DNA of 58,400 nt from Opitutaceae bacterium (lineage in GTDB: Bacteria; Verrucomicrobiota; Verrucomicrobiia; Opitutales; Opitutaceae). Position numbers and translations under genes: made by a program. The stretch lies in assembly GCA_046091745.1 (NCBI GenBank), contig JBJTCH010000383.1, positions 1 to 58,400 on the forward strand. The letters run 5' to 3'. Below, one piece after another: positions 48,660 to 58,400 of this stretch. Position 1 is the first letter of the stretch; each line of letters starts with the position of its first letter. The notes under the pieces were generated by a model, which had not been told where the DNA came from, did no database searches, and saw only the letters and a program-made list of their open reading frames with translations.

Positions 48660-51600
48660 TCAATGGAAGTCGTGCGAGGCGCCAGCGGGCACCGCCGGTT
48701 CGCCGAGTGCCTCGATCACCTCCGCCTTCACGTGGATCACGCCGTGGCGGTTCTGCAGGCGGCCGGTCACGCGCAGCGCCGGCTCCTGCGTGATGACGAG
48801 CCGCCGTTCCTCGAATAATTGCGGCGTCACCACCACGTTCGCGATGCCTGTCTCGTCCTCGAGGCTCACGAACAGGAAGCCTTTCGCCGTGCCGGGGCGC
48901 TGGCGGCAGATCACGGCGCCCGCCACCGTGAGTCGTGCGCCGTCCTCCGCCAGCGTGAGGTCCGTGGCGCGCCACACGTCGGGCAGCTGCGCGCGCACCA
49001 GCGCCATCGGGTGCGGGCCGGTCGTGACGCCGATACCCTCGAAGTCGGCCCGCACGCGTTCCGTGAGGGACATCGGGGCGAGCGGCGACTTCGCTGACGA
49101 CGCGATCTCCTCCGCCGCGGGCGCCGCGCGGAAGAGTTCCTCGCCGTCTTTCCACGCCGCCTCGACCTGCCAGAGCGCGGCGCGGCGGTGGGGCGCGAGG
49201 GCATTGAGCGCGCCCGCGGCGGCGAGCGCGCGGCGTTCCGCGGCGTGGAGCGGCGTGCGGCGGAGGAAATCGTCCAGCGACGCGAACGGCCGCGCGGCGC
49301 GCGCGGTCGCGATCCCGCGGCCGGCCGTCTCGCGCAGGCCGTTCACCTGCCGCAGGCCGAGGCGCACGGCGTCGTCGGCCTCCACCGTGCTGTCCCACGC
49401 CGAAGCCGCGACGCACACCGGGCGCACGCGCAGGCCGTGACGGCGGGCGTCCTGCACCAGCGTGGCCGGGCCGTAGAACCCCATCGGCTGGTGGTTCAGC
49501 AGGCTGGCGAGAAACTCGGCCGGCCGGTGGACCTTCAGCCACGTGCTCGCGTAGGCGAGCAGGGCGAAGCTGAGCGCGTGCGACTCGGGAAACCCATAGG
49601 CCGCGAACGACAGCGCCGACTCGCTGATGCGTTTCACGACCGCCTCGTTGCGACCCTTAGCCCGCAGCGCCGCGCAGAGCCGCGCCAGCGCGCGCTGCAG
49701 CCGGCCGGTGTCCTTGGTGAAGCCCATCGCGCGGCGCAGTTCCTCGGCCTCGGCGCCGGTGAAATCGGCCAGCGTCATCGCCAGCTCGAGCATTTGCTCC
49801 TGGAACAGGATCACGCCGAGCGTGCGGCGCAGGATCGGCTCCGCGAGATGGTCGACGCTCGGGTCGATGTACGTGATCGGCTCAAGCCCGTTGCGGCGGC
49901 GGATGAGCGGGTGGGCGAGGTGGCCCACGATCGGGCCCGGCCGCACGATCGCCACCTGCATCGCGACGTCGTAGAGGCAAGCCGGGCGGAGGCGCGGGAG
50001 TGAGGCCATCTGCGCGCGGCTCTCGATCTGGAAAACGCCGACGGTGTCGGCGCGCTGCATGGCCGCGTAGGTCGCGGGATCCTCGGGCGGGATGGTGGCG
50101 AGCTCGAGCGGACGCCCGCGTTCGCCGCAGACGCGGAAGGTCTCCTGCAACGCGGCCATCATGCCGAGCCCGAGGAGGTCGACTTTCACGATGCCCAGGT
50201 CCTCGCAATCATCCTTGTCCCATTGCGCCACGACGCGTCCGGGCATCGCGGCGTGCTCCAGCGGCATGATGTCGTCGAGCCGGCCATGGCCGATGATCAT
50301 GCCGCCGCTGTGCTGGCCGAGGTGGCGCGGCAGTCCCTGCACCTGACGGTGCAGGCGGGCGAGGGCCTCGGCGCGCGGGTGGTCCGGCGGGATGCCGGCG
50401 AGCGTCAGGCGCCGCCGCAATTCCATCGTCTCCGGAAAATCCCCGCCGGCCTGCAGGGCGGAGAACCGGTCGAGCGTGTCCTCGCCGAACCCGAGGGCCT
50501 TGCCGATCTCACGCACGGCGCCGCGGCCGCGGTAGGTGATGACGTTGGCGGTCATGGCGGCCCCGCGCGGCGCGTGGTCGGCGTAGACTTTCTGGATGAT
50601 CCGCTCTCGCGGCTCGCCGCTTGGCAGGTCGAGGTCGATGTCGGGCCAGGAGGGGCGGCCGTCCCGCCCGACGCGTCCCTCGCTGAGGAAGCGTTCGAAC
50701 AGCAGGCGGTTCCGCAACGGGTCGACCGCCGTGATGCCGAGCGCGTGGCAGGCGGCGCTGTTGGCGGCGCTGCCGCGGCCCTGCACGAGGATGCCCTGCT
50801 CGCGGGCATGCCGGCAGAGGTCCCAGACGATCAGGAAGTAACCGCAGAACCCCAGCCGGGCGATGAGCGCGAGCTCGCGTTCGAGCTGCGCGGCGAGGGC
50901 CGGGGGCACGGCGCCGTGGCGCGTGCGGGCGCCGGCGAACGTCACCTCGCGGAGCAGCTCCTCCATGGTTTTTCCCGGAGGCGTGGGGAATTCGGGGAAC
51001 CGGTAACCGAGGTCGCTCAGCGTGAAATCCAGCCGTTCCTCGAGGCGCGCGGTTTCCTCGACCGCTTCGGGCAGGTCGGCGAAACGCTCCGCCATCGCGT
51101 CGGGAGAATGGAGGTGGCGCTGCGCGTTCACGGAGAGCCGGCGGCCGGCGGCGTCGAGCGTCGTGTGCAGCCGCAGGCAGGTGAAAACGTCGGCCACCGG
51201 GCGGTCCGCGGGGGTCGCGTACGTCACGCCGCCGGTCGCGAGCAATGGCAGGCCGCGCGCCGCCGCGAGGTCGCGCAGAAAGGCGATCTCCCGTTCCTCG
51301 CCGCGCCGGCGGTGGCGTTGCACCTCGACGTAGAGGTTTCCGCGGCCGAACACCCGCTCGAGCCGCGCCAGCGCATCACTCGCCGCCGCGGCGCCCGCGC
51401 GTCGCCAGGCGTGCCGCACCGGGCCCTCCGCGTCGCCGGTCAGCGCCACCAGGCCCTCCGTGTGGGCGGCGACTTCCTCCCACGTGGCGAGACACGGGCG
51501 CTTGCGGTCGCCGGGCCCGGGCGCATGCGGATTCTCCTCGGGCGGAGGCGGAGCGGGGTGCTCGGTCCTCGGCGTGAGTTTCGCGCCGGTGATGAGACGG

Positions 51601-51866
51601 CAGAGGTTGCGGTAACCGGTGCGGTTTGCGGCGAGGAGCGGCAGCACGGTGCCGTCGGCCAGCGTCACCTCCGCGCCGACGCGCGCGCACACCCCCGCTT
51701 CACCGGCCGCGCCGTGAAACCTTGGCACGCCCGCGAGGCCGTCGCGGTCGAGCAGCGCCATCGCCGCCAGTCCCTGCGCGGCGGCGGTCTCCGCCAGCGC
51801 CTCCGGGTTGGAGGCGCCGCGCAGGAAACTGAACGCGCTGCGCGCGTGAAGCTCGACGTACGGCAC
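48660..51866 (-). CDS. dnaE2: error-prone DNA polymerase DnaE2 (ImuC)
   Basis: YVELHARSAFSFLRGAS (PHP), QGRGSAANS, LLFERFLS, PDIDLD, PRHLGQHSGG, QWDKDD, GVFQIESRAQ, YGFPESHA, RQRPGTAKG, C-terminal SHDFH. Confidence 0.96.
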   Translation of the reverse strand: MPYVELHARSAFSFLRGASNPEALAETAAAQGLAAMALLDRDGLAGVPRFHGAAGEAGVCARVGAEVTLADGTVLPLLAANRTGYRNLCRLITGAKLTPRTEHPAPPPPEENPHAPGPGDRKRPCLATWEEVAAHTEGLVALTGDAEGPVRHAWRRAGAAAASDALARLERVFGRGNLYVEVQRHRRRGEEREIAFLRDLAAARGLPLLATGGVTYATPADRPVADVFTCLRLHTTLDAAGRRLSVNAQRHLHSPDAMAERFADLPEAVEETARLEERLDFTLSDLGYRFPEFPTPPGKTMEELLREVTFAGARTRHGAVPPALAAQLERELALIARLGFCGYFLIVWDLCRHAREQGILVQGRGSAANSAACHALGITAVDPLRNRLLFERFLSEGRVGRDGRPSWPDIDLDLPSGEPRERIIQKVYADHAPRGAAMTANVITYRGRGAVREIGKALGFGEDTLDRFSALQAGGDFPETMELRRRLTLAGIPPDHPRAEALARLHRQVQGLPRHLGQHSGGMIIGHGRLDDIMPLEHAAMPGRVVAQWDKDDCEDLGIVKVDLLGLGMMAALQETFRVCGERGRPLELATIPPEDPATYAAMQRADTVGVFQIESRAQMASLPRLRPACLYDVAMQVAIVRPGPIVGHLAHPLIRRRNGLEPITYIDPSVDHLAEPILRRTLGVILFQEQMLELAMTLADFTGAEAEELRRAMGFTKDTGRLQRALARLCAALRAKGRNEAVVKRISESALSFAAYGFPESHALSFALLAYASTWLKVHRPAEFLASLLNHQPMGFYGPATLVQDARRHGLRVRPVCVAASAWDSTVEADDAVRLGLRQVNGLRETAGRGIATARAARPFASLDDFLRRTPLHAAERRALAAAGALNALAPHRRAALWQVEAAWKDGEELFRAAPAAEEIASSAKSPLAPMSLTERVRADFEGIGVTTGPHPMALVRAQLPDVWRATDLTLAEDGARLTVAGAVICRQRPGTAKGFLFVSLEDETGIANVVVTPQLFEERRLVITQEPALRVTGRLQNRHGVIHVKAEVIEALGEPAVPAGASHDFH

Positions 51867-51883
51867 GGCGGCGGCCCTCCGGT

Positions 51884-53353
51884 TCAGTCGTACTCACCCT
51901 CGATGAACCACGCGTCACCCGCCCGGAGCAGCCGGTAAAGCCCGCCGCCCGCGAGCGTGATGTCCCACTCGGAGCGCGACCAAGTGAGATCAGGCTGCCA
52001 CCAGCCGCCGCTCGCGCACCACGGGCCGCGCACCGCTGAGACTTCGCCGGCGAAGCGCGCCGTCCACACGTAGCTCGGACGCCGTTCCCCCTTTGCGAAT
52101 TCCAGCCGGGCCGGCAGAGGCGGCCGGAAGCGGCGCAGCGGCGGACCCCACGGCGCGTGCGGCGGCTCCGGCTCCGGCGGCGGCACCACGGGCGCGGGCG
52201 GCGCGAGGATCGCCGAGTCGGGGCGGTGGGTGTCCGCCAGCCGCGGCGTGCCCACCCGTTCCGCGCCGACGAGCGCGGAGACACGCGCGAGCGTGTCGGC
52301 GAACCCGTGTGGGTCGCGCAGGCCGGTCTCGAAGAGCCCCGGCTGGCGCTCAAGGGGTCGCGCGGGTTCGACGTCCAGCCGCAGGCCGGTGATCGCGGCG
52401 TCCGTGCGCAACGACTCGAGGTGCGTGTGGAGCGCGCGGAGCACGATGTCGGGATCGGCCGTGGGCGCGGGGAGCCGGAAGCTGCGCGCGTGGTTCGGGC
52501 CTTCCTCCAGGCGGAGCGTGAGGGTGAGGCCGGCGGCGGCGAGCCGGGCGGCGCGCAGCTCGAGGGTGAGGCGTTCGGTGAAACGGCCCAGGAGAAACAG
52601 CAGCGGCTCGAGCGTCGCGACCGGTTCCTCAAGGTCGTGCACCGCGGCGAATTCCCGCGGCGGCGGATGCGCGCGGAGCGGACGCGGTTCGCCGCCGCGC
52701 GCGCGGCGGGCGAGCGCGAGGCCGTCGACTCCGAGGCGGGCGGTGAGGTCGGCGAGCGGCAGGGCGGTGAGCGCGCCGAGCGTGCGCACGCCCCAGGCGG
52801 CGAGCACCGGGACGAGTGCGGGCGGGGGCTCGGCGACTGCGATCGGGAGCGGGGCGAGGAAGGTCGTCTCGTCGTCAACGCGGGTGACCTCGCCCGGAGC
52901 GGAGCGGCGGGCCGCGAGCAACGCGAGGAAGGGGGTGCGCGCGATCCCGGCAGTGGCGGGCAGACCGGCGGCGACCAGGTGCGCGGCGGCCGCCCGCGCC
53001 GCGGCGACCACGCGGGTGGGATCGGCGCCGTGCAGGTCGGCGGTGGCGGCGCCGGGAGCGGTGTCCTCGACCAGCGGCGCGAGGTTGAGCGAGGTGGCGA
53101 GCAGCAGTGCGCGCGCCTCGGCCTCGGCGGACGGGCGCGGTGTGTGGATCGCGAGTGCGGCGCAGCGGGCGACGGCCTGCGGGGCGGTGAGGCCGGGCAC
53201 GACCCCCGCGGCGCGTGCGGCGACGTTGGCGGCCGTCACGAGGGATTTTTTCCCCCGGCCATCGAACAGCGCCGCGGGCCGCCCGGGATCAACGGAGTCG
53301 GATCGCAGCACGGCGTGCAGCGGAAAGTCGGCGATGTGCAGGACGGCGAACAC
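51884..53353 (-). CDS. imuB: ImuB, Y-family polymerase-like accessory protein
   Basis: Y-family fold features (AANVAARAAGVVPG, GIARTPFLA, WGVRTLG) without the catalytic acidic residues; C-terminal GPW..SGGWW..WD..W..EG.YD. Confidence 0.88.
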   Translation of the reverse strand: MFAVLHIADFPLHAVLRSDSVDPGRPAALFDGRGKKSLVTAANVAARAAGVVPGLTAPQAVARCAALAIHTPRPSAEAEARALLLATSLNLAPLVEDTAPGAATADLHGADPTRVVAAARAAAAHLVAAGLPATAGIARTPFLALLAARRSAPGEVTRVDDETTFLAPLPIAVAEPPPALVPVLAAWGVRTLGALTALPLADLTARLGVDGLALARRARGGEPRPLRAHPPPREFAAVHDLEEPVATLEPLLFLLGRFTERLTLELRAARLAAAGLTLTLRLEEGPNHARSFRLPAPTADPDIVLRALHTHLESLRTDAAITGLRLDVEPARPLERQPGLFETGLRDPHGFADTLARVSALVGAERVGTPRLADTHRPDSAILAPPAPVVPPPEPEPPHAPWGPPLRRFRPPLPARLEFAKGERRPSYVWTARFAGEVSAVRGPWCASGGWWQPDLTWSRSEWDITLAGGGLYRLLRAGDAWFIEGEYD

Positions 53354-53381
53354 GGGACGAAAACCGGCGACGAGGCGTCGT

Positions 53382-54020
53382 TCAGCCCACCGCGCGCAGG
53401 CGGTGGCGCTGGAGCACGGGCGAGAGGCGGGCCGCTAGTTCGGAGCGCGCGCGGCCGAGGGCGGTCTCGTCATGGGAGACGGTGAACTCGAGGCGCACGC
53501 GCGCGCACGGCACGACGGCGAACGGCGTCTCGATGACGAGCGCGAGGTCGGCGGATTCGACGGCGCGTTGCAGCCGGTACCACAACGGGCCCGGGGTGCG
53601 GCGCAGCTCGACGGCGGACGCGAGCCGCAGGTCGATCACGGCGAGGGTCAGGTTGGCGTCGCGCGCGAGCAGATCGGCGGCTTGCAGCGCGCGGGTGAGC
53701 GGACCGGGGCAGCGGACCCACACGAGATGCGCGAGGAGGTCGGCGGGAAACGATTCAGGATCGAAGCAATCGCCGGCGTCGATCAGCGCGATCCGCTCGC
53801 GCCGCGCGCGTGTCACGGCGAGCAGTCTTCCGAGCAACAGGTGGCCGCCGCAGCTGGGTGCTGCGCAGACGATCTCGGTGACGGCGCCGAGCGGCAGGCC
53901 GCCGGTGGCGTCATCGATGCCGGACAGGCCGGTGGGCCGGACGCGGCCGGCGTCGGGCGCGGGGCCGGCGCTTGCGGCGAGCAGCCGGCGGAGCGCCGCG
54001 ATTTTCTCAGGCGCGGACAT
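53382..54020 (-). CDS. imuA: ImuA, RecA/SulA-like protein
   Basis: PTGLSGIDDATGGLPLGAVTEI (degenerate RecA N-terminus), ALIDAGDCFDP; lies between lexA and imuB. Confidence 0.82.
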   Translation of the reverse strand: MSAPEKIAALRRLLAASAGPAPDAGRVRPTGLSGIDDATGGLPLGAVTEIVCAAPSCGGHLLLGRLLAVTRARRERIALIDAGDCFDPESFPADLLAHLVWVRCPGPLTRALQAADLLARDANLTLAVIDLRLASAVELRRTPGPLWYRLQRAVESADLALVIETPFAVVPCARVRLEFTVSHDETALGRARSELAARLSPVLQRHRLRAVG

Positions 54021-54116
54021 GACGGAGCGAGGACGGCGGGGATTTCGGCGCGGGCGTTCGCGCGGCCGCGGGGCGGCCGGCGGGGGCGTCCGGGCGCCGG
54101 AACCGGCGCCGGGGTT

Positions 54117-54734
54117 TCAGGCGTGGGCGCGGAGCAGGCCGACCATCACGCCCTGGATCACGAGCTCGCGGGCGGGGAGGAGGTCGGGGTAGCGCGGGTT
54201 TTCGGCGCGCAGGAACGGCAGGCCGCGCTGGAGCAGGTAGCGCTTGAGGGTGGATTCGCCGTCGATGAGCGCGGCGACGATGTCGCGCGGCCGCGGCTCG
54301 CGCGGCGTGAGGAAGACGGTATCGCGGTCAAGGATACCGGCGTCGACCATCGAGTCGCCGCGCACGCGGAGCGCGAAGAGCGTGGAGCCGGAGCGCACGC
54401 CGAGCGCGGCGGGATCGATGGACACATGGCCCTCGGGTTCCTGCGCGGCGTCGACGGGCAGGCCGGCGGGGATGACGCCGAAGAGGGGCACGGCGGCGAG
54501 GGTTTGCTGACGCGGGAGGTCGGAGGGCACGAGGCCGCGGGCCTTGCCCTCGAGCCGGTGGAGGGCGCCTTTGCCGATGAGGGCGTCGACGTGGCGCTTG
54601 ATGCCGAACGGGCTGGCGAGGCCGAAGTGGGCCTGGATCTCGCGGAGCGAGGGTGCCACGCCGTGCTGCCGGTGATGGTGGTGGATGAAATCGAGGACCT
54701 GGCGCTGGCGGTCGGTGAGGGGAGAATCGCTCAT
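54117..54734 (-). CDS. lexA: SOS repressor LexA
   Basis: LTDRQRQVLDFI, PSLREI HTH, IPAG cleavage site, GDSM (Ser) and TLKR (Lys). Start at MSDSPL. Confidence 0.95.
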   Translation of the reverse strand: MSDSPLTDRQRQVLDFIHHHHRQHGVAPSLREIQAHFGLASPFGIKRHVDALIGKGALHRLEGKARGLVPSDLPRQQTLAAVPLFGVIPAGLPVDAAQEPEGHVSIDPAALGVRSGSTLFALRVRGDSMVDAGILDRDTVFLTPREPRPRDIVAALIDGESTLKRYLLQRGLPFLRAENPRYPDLLPARELVIQGVMVGLLRAHA

Positions 54735-54752
54735 AGTGTTCAAGTGAACACT
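54735..54752. promoter_or_regulatory. Verrucomicrobia-type LexA (SOS) box
   Basis: AGTGTTCA-AG-TGAACACT; core TGTTC-N4-GAACA at 54737-54750, abutting the lexA start codon. Confidence 0.9.
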
Positions 54753-54956
54753 TTTTTGGGGTGAAGCAATCCCGATGATGGCACCGCGCAAAGCCCGGCG
54801 CTACTCCGCCGCAACCGCGGCTTCGTTCAGGCTGCGCCGTGCGGGGGAGGGAGGAGGGGGTCTACTTCGCCGAGGATTCGTTTTTCACCAGGGCTGCGGA
54901 GGAGAAATCGCAGGGCGAAAAGTGAAGGGACTGATGAGGGCTGGATGAGCCGGACG

Positions 54957-55898
54957 TTACACAAACAACAAGACGTACACCGTGAACGCCAAAGCCACGG
55001 CACCGGCGCCGGCGGCGATGGTCCAGAGGAGCGTCCGGCGGCGGGCGGCGAGGGCGAAAGTGGAGACGATGACCGCCAGCTGCGCGGCGAGCATGCCGTA
55101 GAAGAAACGCCCGCTGCGGCGATGGTGGCGCTCGGCGGCGAGATTGCTGGCCCGGACCTGCAGCTCGAAGAGCTGGGCGATCGTCTGGTTGAGTCGTGCC
55201 TCCGCGTCGTAGCGTTGGGAGTGGAAGCGCAGCCGCGCGGCGATGAACTCACGCAGTAACGGCTGGCCGGCCAGTTGCTTTTCCCACGTGCCGATCAGGC
55301 TGCCGACCGGCTCCAGCTGCGCGTCGAGCGCGAGGGCATGCATCTGCTGTTCGCGCAGGGCGCCATCGAGGACGGAGCCGGCGATTGCGAAAACGAGACG
55401 GGCGACCTCCTCGTCGGGCCGCGCGGCCTCGATCGCGGCGAGGGCCGCGGCCACGGGTGGCGGGACCGCCGGAGCGGGGGCCGTCCGGGGCAGGGTTCCC
55501 GATGTCAGTGCCGCGAGGGCGGCCTGACCGGCTGGAGAATCGAACGTGCCCGCGGCGGAGTCGCCCAAGGCGCGCCGTAGCGCGGTGACGTCGAGCGCCC
55601 GCGAGCCCTCCGCGGTGACCATCAGGTCGAGCGTGCCGCGCAGCATCACCGCCCGCAGACGTTTGCTCTGGAAAAAGCCCCATTGGTCGCCGGCCTTGGA
55701 CTGCCGCTGCGCGGCCAGCGAGCGGTCGTACTGGGCGCGCGTCATCTCGCTGGAGGCGAGGCCGGCGAGCATGGTGGCGATCACGGTCATCACGACCGGG
55801 GTGACGCTGAGCACCTTGCCCCACGGCGTCTGGGCGACCTCCGCCTTCAGCTCTTCGGGGATCTGCGCCTTGAGGGTGATCTTGGGCAATGCGGCCAT
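54957..55898 (-). CDS. DUF4337-like membrane protein
   Basis: N-terminal TM (VVMTVIATMLAGL), QSKAGDQWGFFQSK motif, coiled region, two C-terminal TMs. Confidence 0.65.
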   Translation of the reverse strand: MAALPKITLKAQIPEELKAEVAQTPWGKVLSVTPVVMTVIATMLAGLASSEMTRAQYDRSLAAQRQSKAGDQWGFFQSKRLRAVMLRGTLDLMVTAEGSRALDVTALRRALGDSAAGTFDSPAGQAALAALTSGTLPRTAPAPAVPPPVAAALAAIEAARPDEEVARLVFAIAGSVLDGALREQQMHALALDAQLEPVGSLIGTWEKQLAGQPLLREFIAARLRFHSQRYDAEARLNQTIAQLFELQVRASNLAAERHHRRSGRFFYGMLAAQLAVIVSTFALAARRRTLLWTIAAGAGAVALAFTVYVLLFV

Positions 55899-56091
55899 GG
55901 CGAGCACGATGGGAGCGTGCCGCCTTGCGGCCAGTCCGGAAATGCCGCTCCCCGCCTGGCCGCGCCGTTTCCGATCGCCGCTGGAAATCGGGTTTCTCAA
56001 CGTGTGATAAATCCTCAACGCTCCGCGCCGTTGTGATCTGATCTCCTTCCATTCGCCGGACTCTGCGTCGGCGCCGTAACCCAGCCGCCCC

Positions 56092-57483
56092 ATGAAAACC
56101 TCCTTCCGCGTTCGCTCTTTCATCGCCGGTCTTGTCGCGGTGCTCGCGCCCTGCGCCCCGAGCCTCGTCGCCGCGCGCGCCCCCAACGTCATCCTCGTGC
56201 TGGCCGACGACCAGGGGTACCCCGACCTCGGGGTGATCGGCACGAAGCCGGTGCTTACGCCCACGCTCGACCGGTTGGCCCGCGAGGGAGTCCGGGCGAC
56301 GAGTTTTTACGTCACCTGGCCGGCCTGCACCCCCTCGCGCGCCAGCCTGCTCACCGGCCGCTACCCCCAGCGCAGCGGCCTGTACGACATGGTCCGGAAC
56401 GACATGGTGAACTACAAACACCAGTATTCGGAGGAAGAATACGCGCTGTCGCCCGAGATGACGCTCGGGCTCGATCCGCGGGAAATCACCCTGGGAAACC
56501 TTCTCCAGGGCGCCGGTTACCGCACGGGTGTGTTCGGCAAGTGGGACATGGGGCAGGCGCGGCGCTATTTGCCGCTGCAGCGCGGGTTCGACGACTTCTA
56601 CGGGCACGGCAACAACGGCATCGATTACTACACGCACGAGCGGTACGGCATCCATTCGATGTTCCGCGGGAACCGGCGGACGAAGGAGGATCAGGGCAAG
56701 TACGCGACCGACCTCTTCCAGCGCGAGGCCATCCGCTTCATCCGGGAAAGCGGTGACCGGCCGTTCTTCGTTTACCTGCCGTTCAACGCTCCGCACAGCG
56801 CCTCGAACTTCGAAAAAGGCGGGGTGCAGGCGCCCGAGGAGTTCATCCGGAAATATCCGGACATGGATCCCAAGGGCCGCCTCACGGCCTATTACGCCGC
56901 CGTGACGGCGATGGACGCCGCGATCGGGGAGGTCATGGCGGTGGTGAAGGAACGGGGGCAGGAAAGTAACACGCTGTTCCTGTTCCTTTCGGACAACGGC
57001 GGCAGCGGCAACGGCGGCAACGCGCCCTTGCGCGGACAGAAATCGACCATGTGGGAGGGTGGCCTCCGCGTTCCCTTCATCGCCTGGTGGCCGGGCCGCC
57101 TGCCGGCGGGTGTGGTCACGGACGAGTTTCTCACCTCGCTCGAGATTTTTCCCACGTTGGCGGCGATCTCCGGAGCGAAGGTTCCCGCGGGGCTCGAATT
57201 GGACGGCTTTGATCTCCTGCCGGTGCTGCGCGGGGAGAAGAAGTCGCCGCGCAATGAGATGTTCTGGGAGCGTCGGAGTGACCGCGCCGCGCGCGTGGGT
57301 AATTGGAAATGGGTTTCGGCCGGGAAGGGTGGCGGCTTGTTCGATCTGAGCCGTGACCTCGGGGAGAAGGAGGATCTGTCAGCCAAGCATCCGGAGATCG
57401 CGGCCAGGATGAAGGCGGCCTTCGCGGCGTGGAAAACGAAGATGGACGCCGCCGAGCCGCGTGGTCCGTTCCGGGATTATTGA
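56092..57483 (+). CDS. formylglycine-dependent (Cys-type) sulfatase
   Basis: Signal peptide; PNVILVLADD, CTPSRASLLTG (CxPxR), GKWDMG, PFNAPH, SDNG, KSTMWEGGLRVP. Confidence 0.93.
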   Translation: MKTSFRVRSFIAGLVAVLAPCAPSLVAARAPNVILVLADDQGYPDLGVIGTKPVLTPTLDRLAREGVRATSFYVTWPACTPSRASLLTGRYPQRSGLYDMVRNDMVNYKHQYSEEEYALSPEMTLGLDPREITLGNLLQGAGYRTGVFGKWDMGQARRYLPLQRGFDDFYGHGNNGIDYYTHERYGIHSMFRGNRRTKEDQGKYATDLFQREAIRFIRESGDRPFFVYLPFNAPHSASNFEKGGVQAPEEFIRKYPDMDPKGRLTAYYAAVTAMDAAIGEVMAVVKERGQESNTLFLFLSDNGGSGNGGNAPLRGQKSTMWEGGLRVPFIAWWPGRLPAGVVTDEFLTSLEIFPTLAAISGAKVPAGLELDGFDLLPVLRGEKKSPRNEMFWERRSDRAARVGNWKWVSAGKGGGLFDLSRDLGEKEDLSAKHPEIAARMKAAFAAWKTKMDAAEPRGPFRDY

Positions 57484-57498
57484 CCGGGATGCTTCCAT

Positions 57499-57558
57499 GG
57501 GGTCAGGGCGTTCAATGTTTGGGATCGGTTGAATTTGAACATGGAACGCCCTGACCCC
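57499..57558. repeat. GGGGTCA...TGACCCC inverted repeat between convergent genes (REPIN/MITE-like or bidirectional terminator)
   Basis: GGGGTCAGGGCGTTC (57499-57513) and GAACGCCCTGACCCC (57544-57558) form a perfect 15-bp IR that extends inward with mismatches. Confidence 0.7.
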
Positions 57559-57597
57559 CTGGGCGGGGCCCCGAACCCCTGAGCGGGCCGCGCCGGT

Positions 57598-58400
57598 TCA
57601 GAACGAGGCTTTGGCGCCGAGGGTGTAGTTGGCGCCGAAGGCGGACGCCTGTTGCAGACGCGCCCAGTGCGGGAGGCGGGCGGATTCGCGCGCGGTGATG
57701 CGGCCGGCGTTGAACAGGTTGGTCCCGGACGCGAAGAGCGAAAGGCGCCGCGTGAGCCGGTACTCCGCGGTGGCGTCGAAGAGGCTGCGCTCCTCGATGA
57801 AGGACTGCCCGGGTTCGCCGCCGAGGGTGGTGAGCGCGCCGTCGATCCGGCCCTCGAAGTTCCAGCCAAAGCCGAGGCGCAGGCCCGAGTTCTGGTAATT
57901 CAGCATCGCGGAAGCCTTCTGCCGGCTCATCGAGCCCCAGCCGCCCCGCTGGCCGTCGGCGTCGGAGAGATTGAGGGAACCGCGCAGACTGAATCCGCGC
58001 GCGAAGCGGGGCAGAACCGGATCGAGCCCGACGCGCACCTCGAATTCCCAGCCCGACACGATCGCCTTGCCGGAGTTGAAGGACGTGCTGGCGGTCCAGC
58101 CGACATACTCGGGCTCGAGACCCACGGACGCGGCCTCGGCCGGTGTCTCCAGCAGCTCGGAGCGCGAGACCACGAAGTCGCGGATGAATTTCCGGTAGTA
58201 CCCGACGGCGACGTAACCGCCGGCCAGGTAGTACTCGAGGCGCGCGTCGTAGTTATCCGCGCTCCACGGCTTGAGCTGGGGATTGCGGATCGTGACCGTG
58301 CCCAGCGAGCCGAGCGCGGGATCGGTGATGTTGCTGGGGCTCACCGTGGTCGAAGGCAGCAGGCTCGCGGCGAAGTCGGGCCGGGCCTGGGTCGCCGCGT
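57598..58400 (-). CDS. TonB-dependent receptor, C-terminal part (5' end beyond window)
   Basis: Frame is open to the window edge: QARPDF, NPQLKPWSADNYD..LEYY, amphipathic beta-strands, NLFN, terminal Phe (GAKASF). Confidence 0.88.
   Translation of the reverse strand, partial: AATQARPDFAASLLPSTTVSPSNITDPALGSLGTVTIRNPQLKPWSADNYDARLEYYLAGGYVAVGYYRKFIRDFVVSRSELLETPAEAASVGLEPEYVGWTASTSFNSGKAIVSGWEFEVRVGLDPVLPRFARGFSLRGSLNLSDADGQRGGWGSMSRQKASAMLNYQNSGLRLGFGWNFEGRIDGALTTLGGEPGQSFIEERSLFDATAEYRLTRRLSLFASGTNLFNAGRITARESARLPHWARLQQASAFGANYTLGAKASF

Noticed and set aside
56001-56017. CRP-like site TGTGA-N6-CTCAA between the DUF4337-like gene and the sulfatase
   Set aside because: The second half-site is poor; insufficient support.
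303-58198. Many long ORFs antisense to or overlapping real genes (for example 14472..17372 +, 21812..25942 +, 20530..22050 +, 30505..32835 -)
   Set aside because: Shadow ORFs expected at high GC: Arg/Ala/Gly-rich, no family motifs, and opposite well-supported genes.

Overview
GC-rich bacterial chromosome segment, most consistent with Verrucomicrobiota (Opitutaceae-like): PVC-type gene families, a short ATP synthase delta subunit, and a TGTTC-N4-GAACA LexA box. From left to right: the 5' part of the F0F1 ATP synthase operon (atpBEFHA, minus strand); trmB-mnmG-mnmE with a perfect parS palindrome inside mnmG, so the region is probably origin-proximal; secreted hydrolases and lyases; an RlmN-like radical SAM enzyme; gcvP with a 126-bp internal tandem duplication; nth; a PIN toxin-antitoxin pair; a xylose-isomerase-like enzyme; a WD40-cytochrome c/DUF1549-DUF1553/DUF1501/DUF1080 operon; a stand-alone bacterial nitric oxide synthase oxygenase; metY; a large PVC heme protein; argJ/argB/argD; two enolase-superfamily enzymes; a lexA-imuA-imuB-dnaE2 SOS mutagenesis cassette; a sulfatase; and the 3' end of a TonB-dependent receptor. 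The three large intergenic regions (about 13.3-13.8, 19.5-19.7 and 47.6-48.65 kb) are mosaics of shared, nested inverted-repeat modules. The standout observations are the NOS with an animal-type Val gate residue in a Gram-negative PVC lineage and these repeat mosaics. I saw no rRNA, tRNA, CRISPR array, transposase or prophage. All calls come from reading motifs by eye; no database searches were run.
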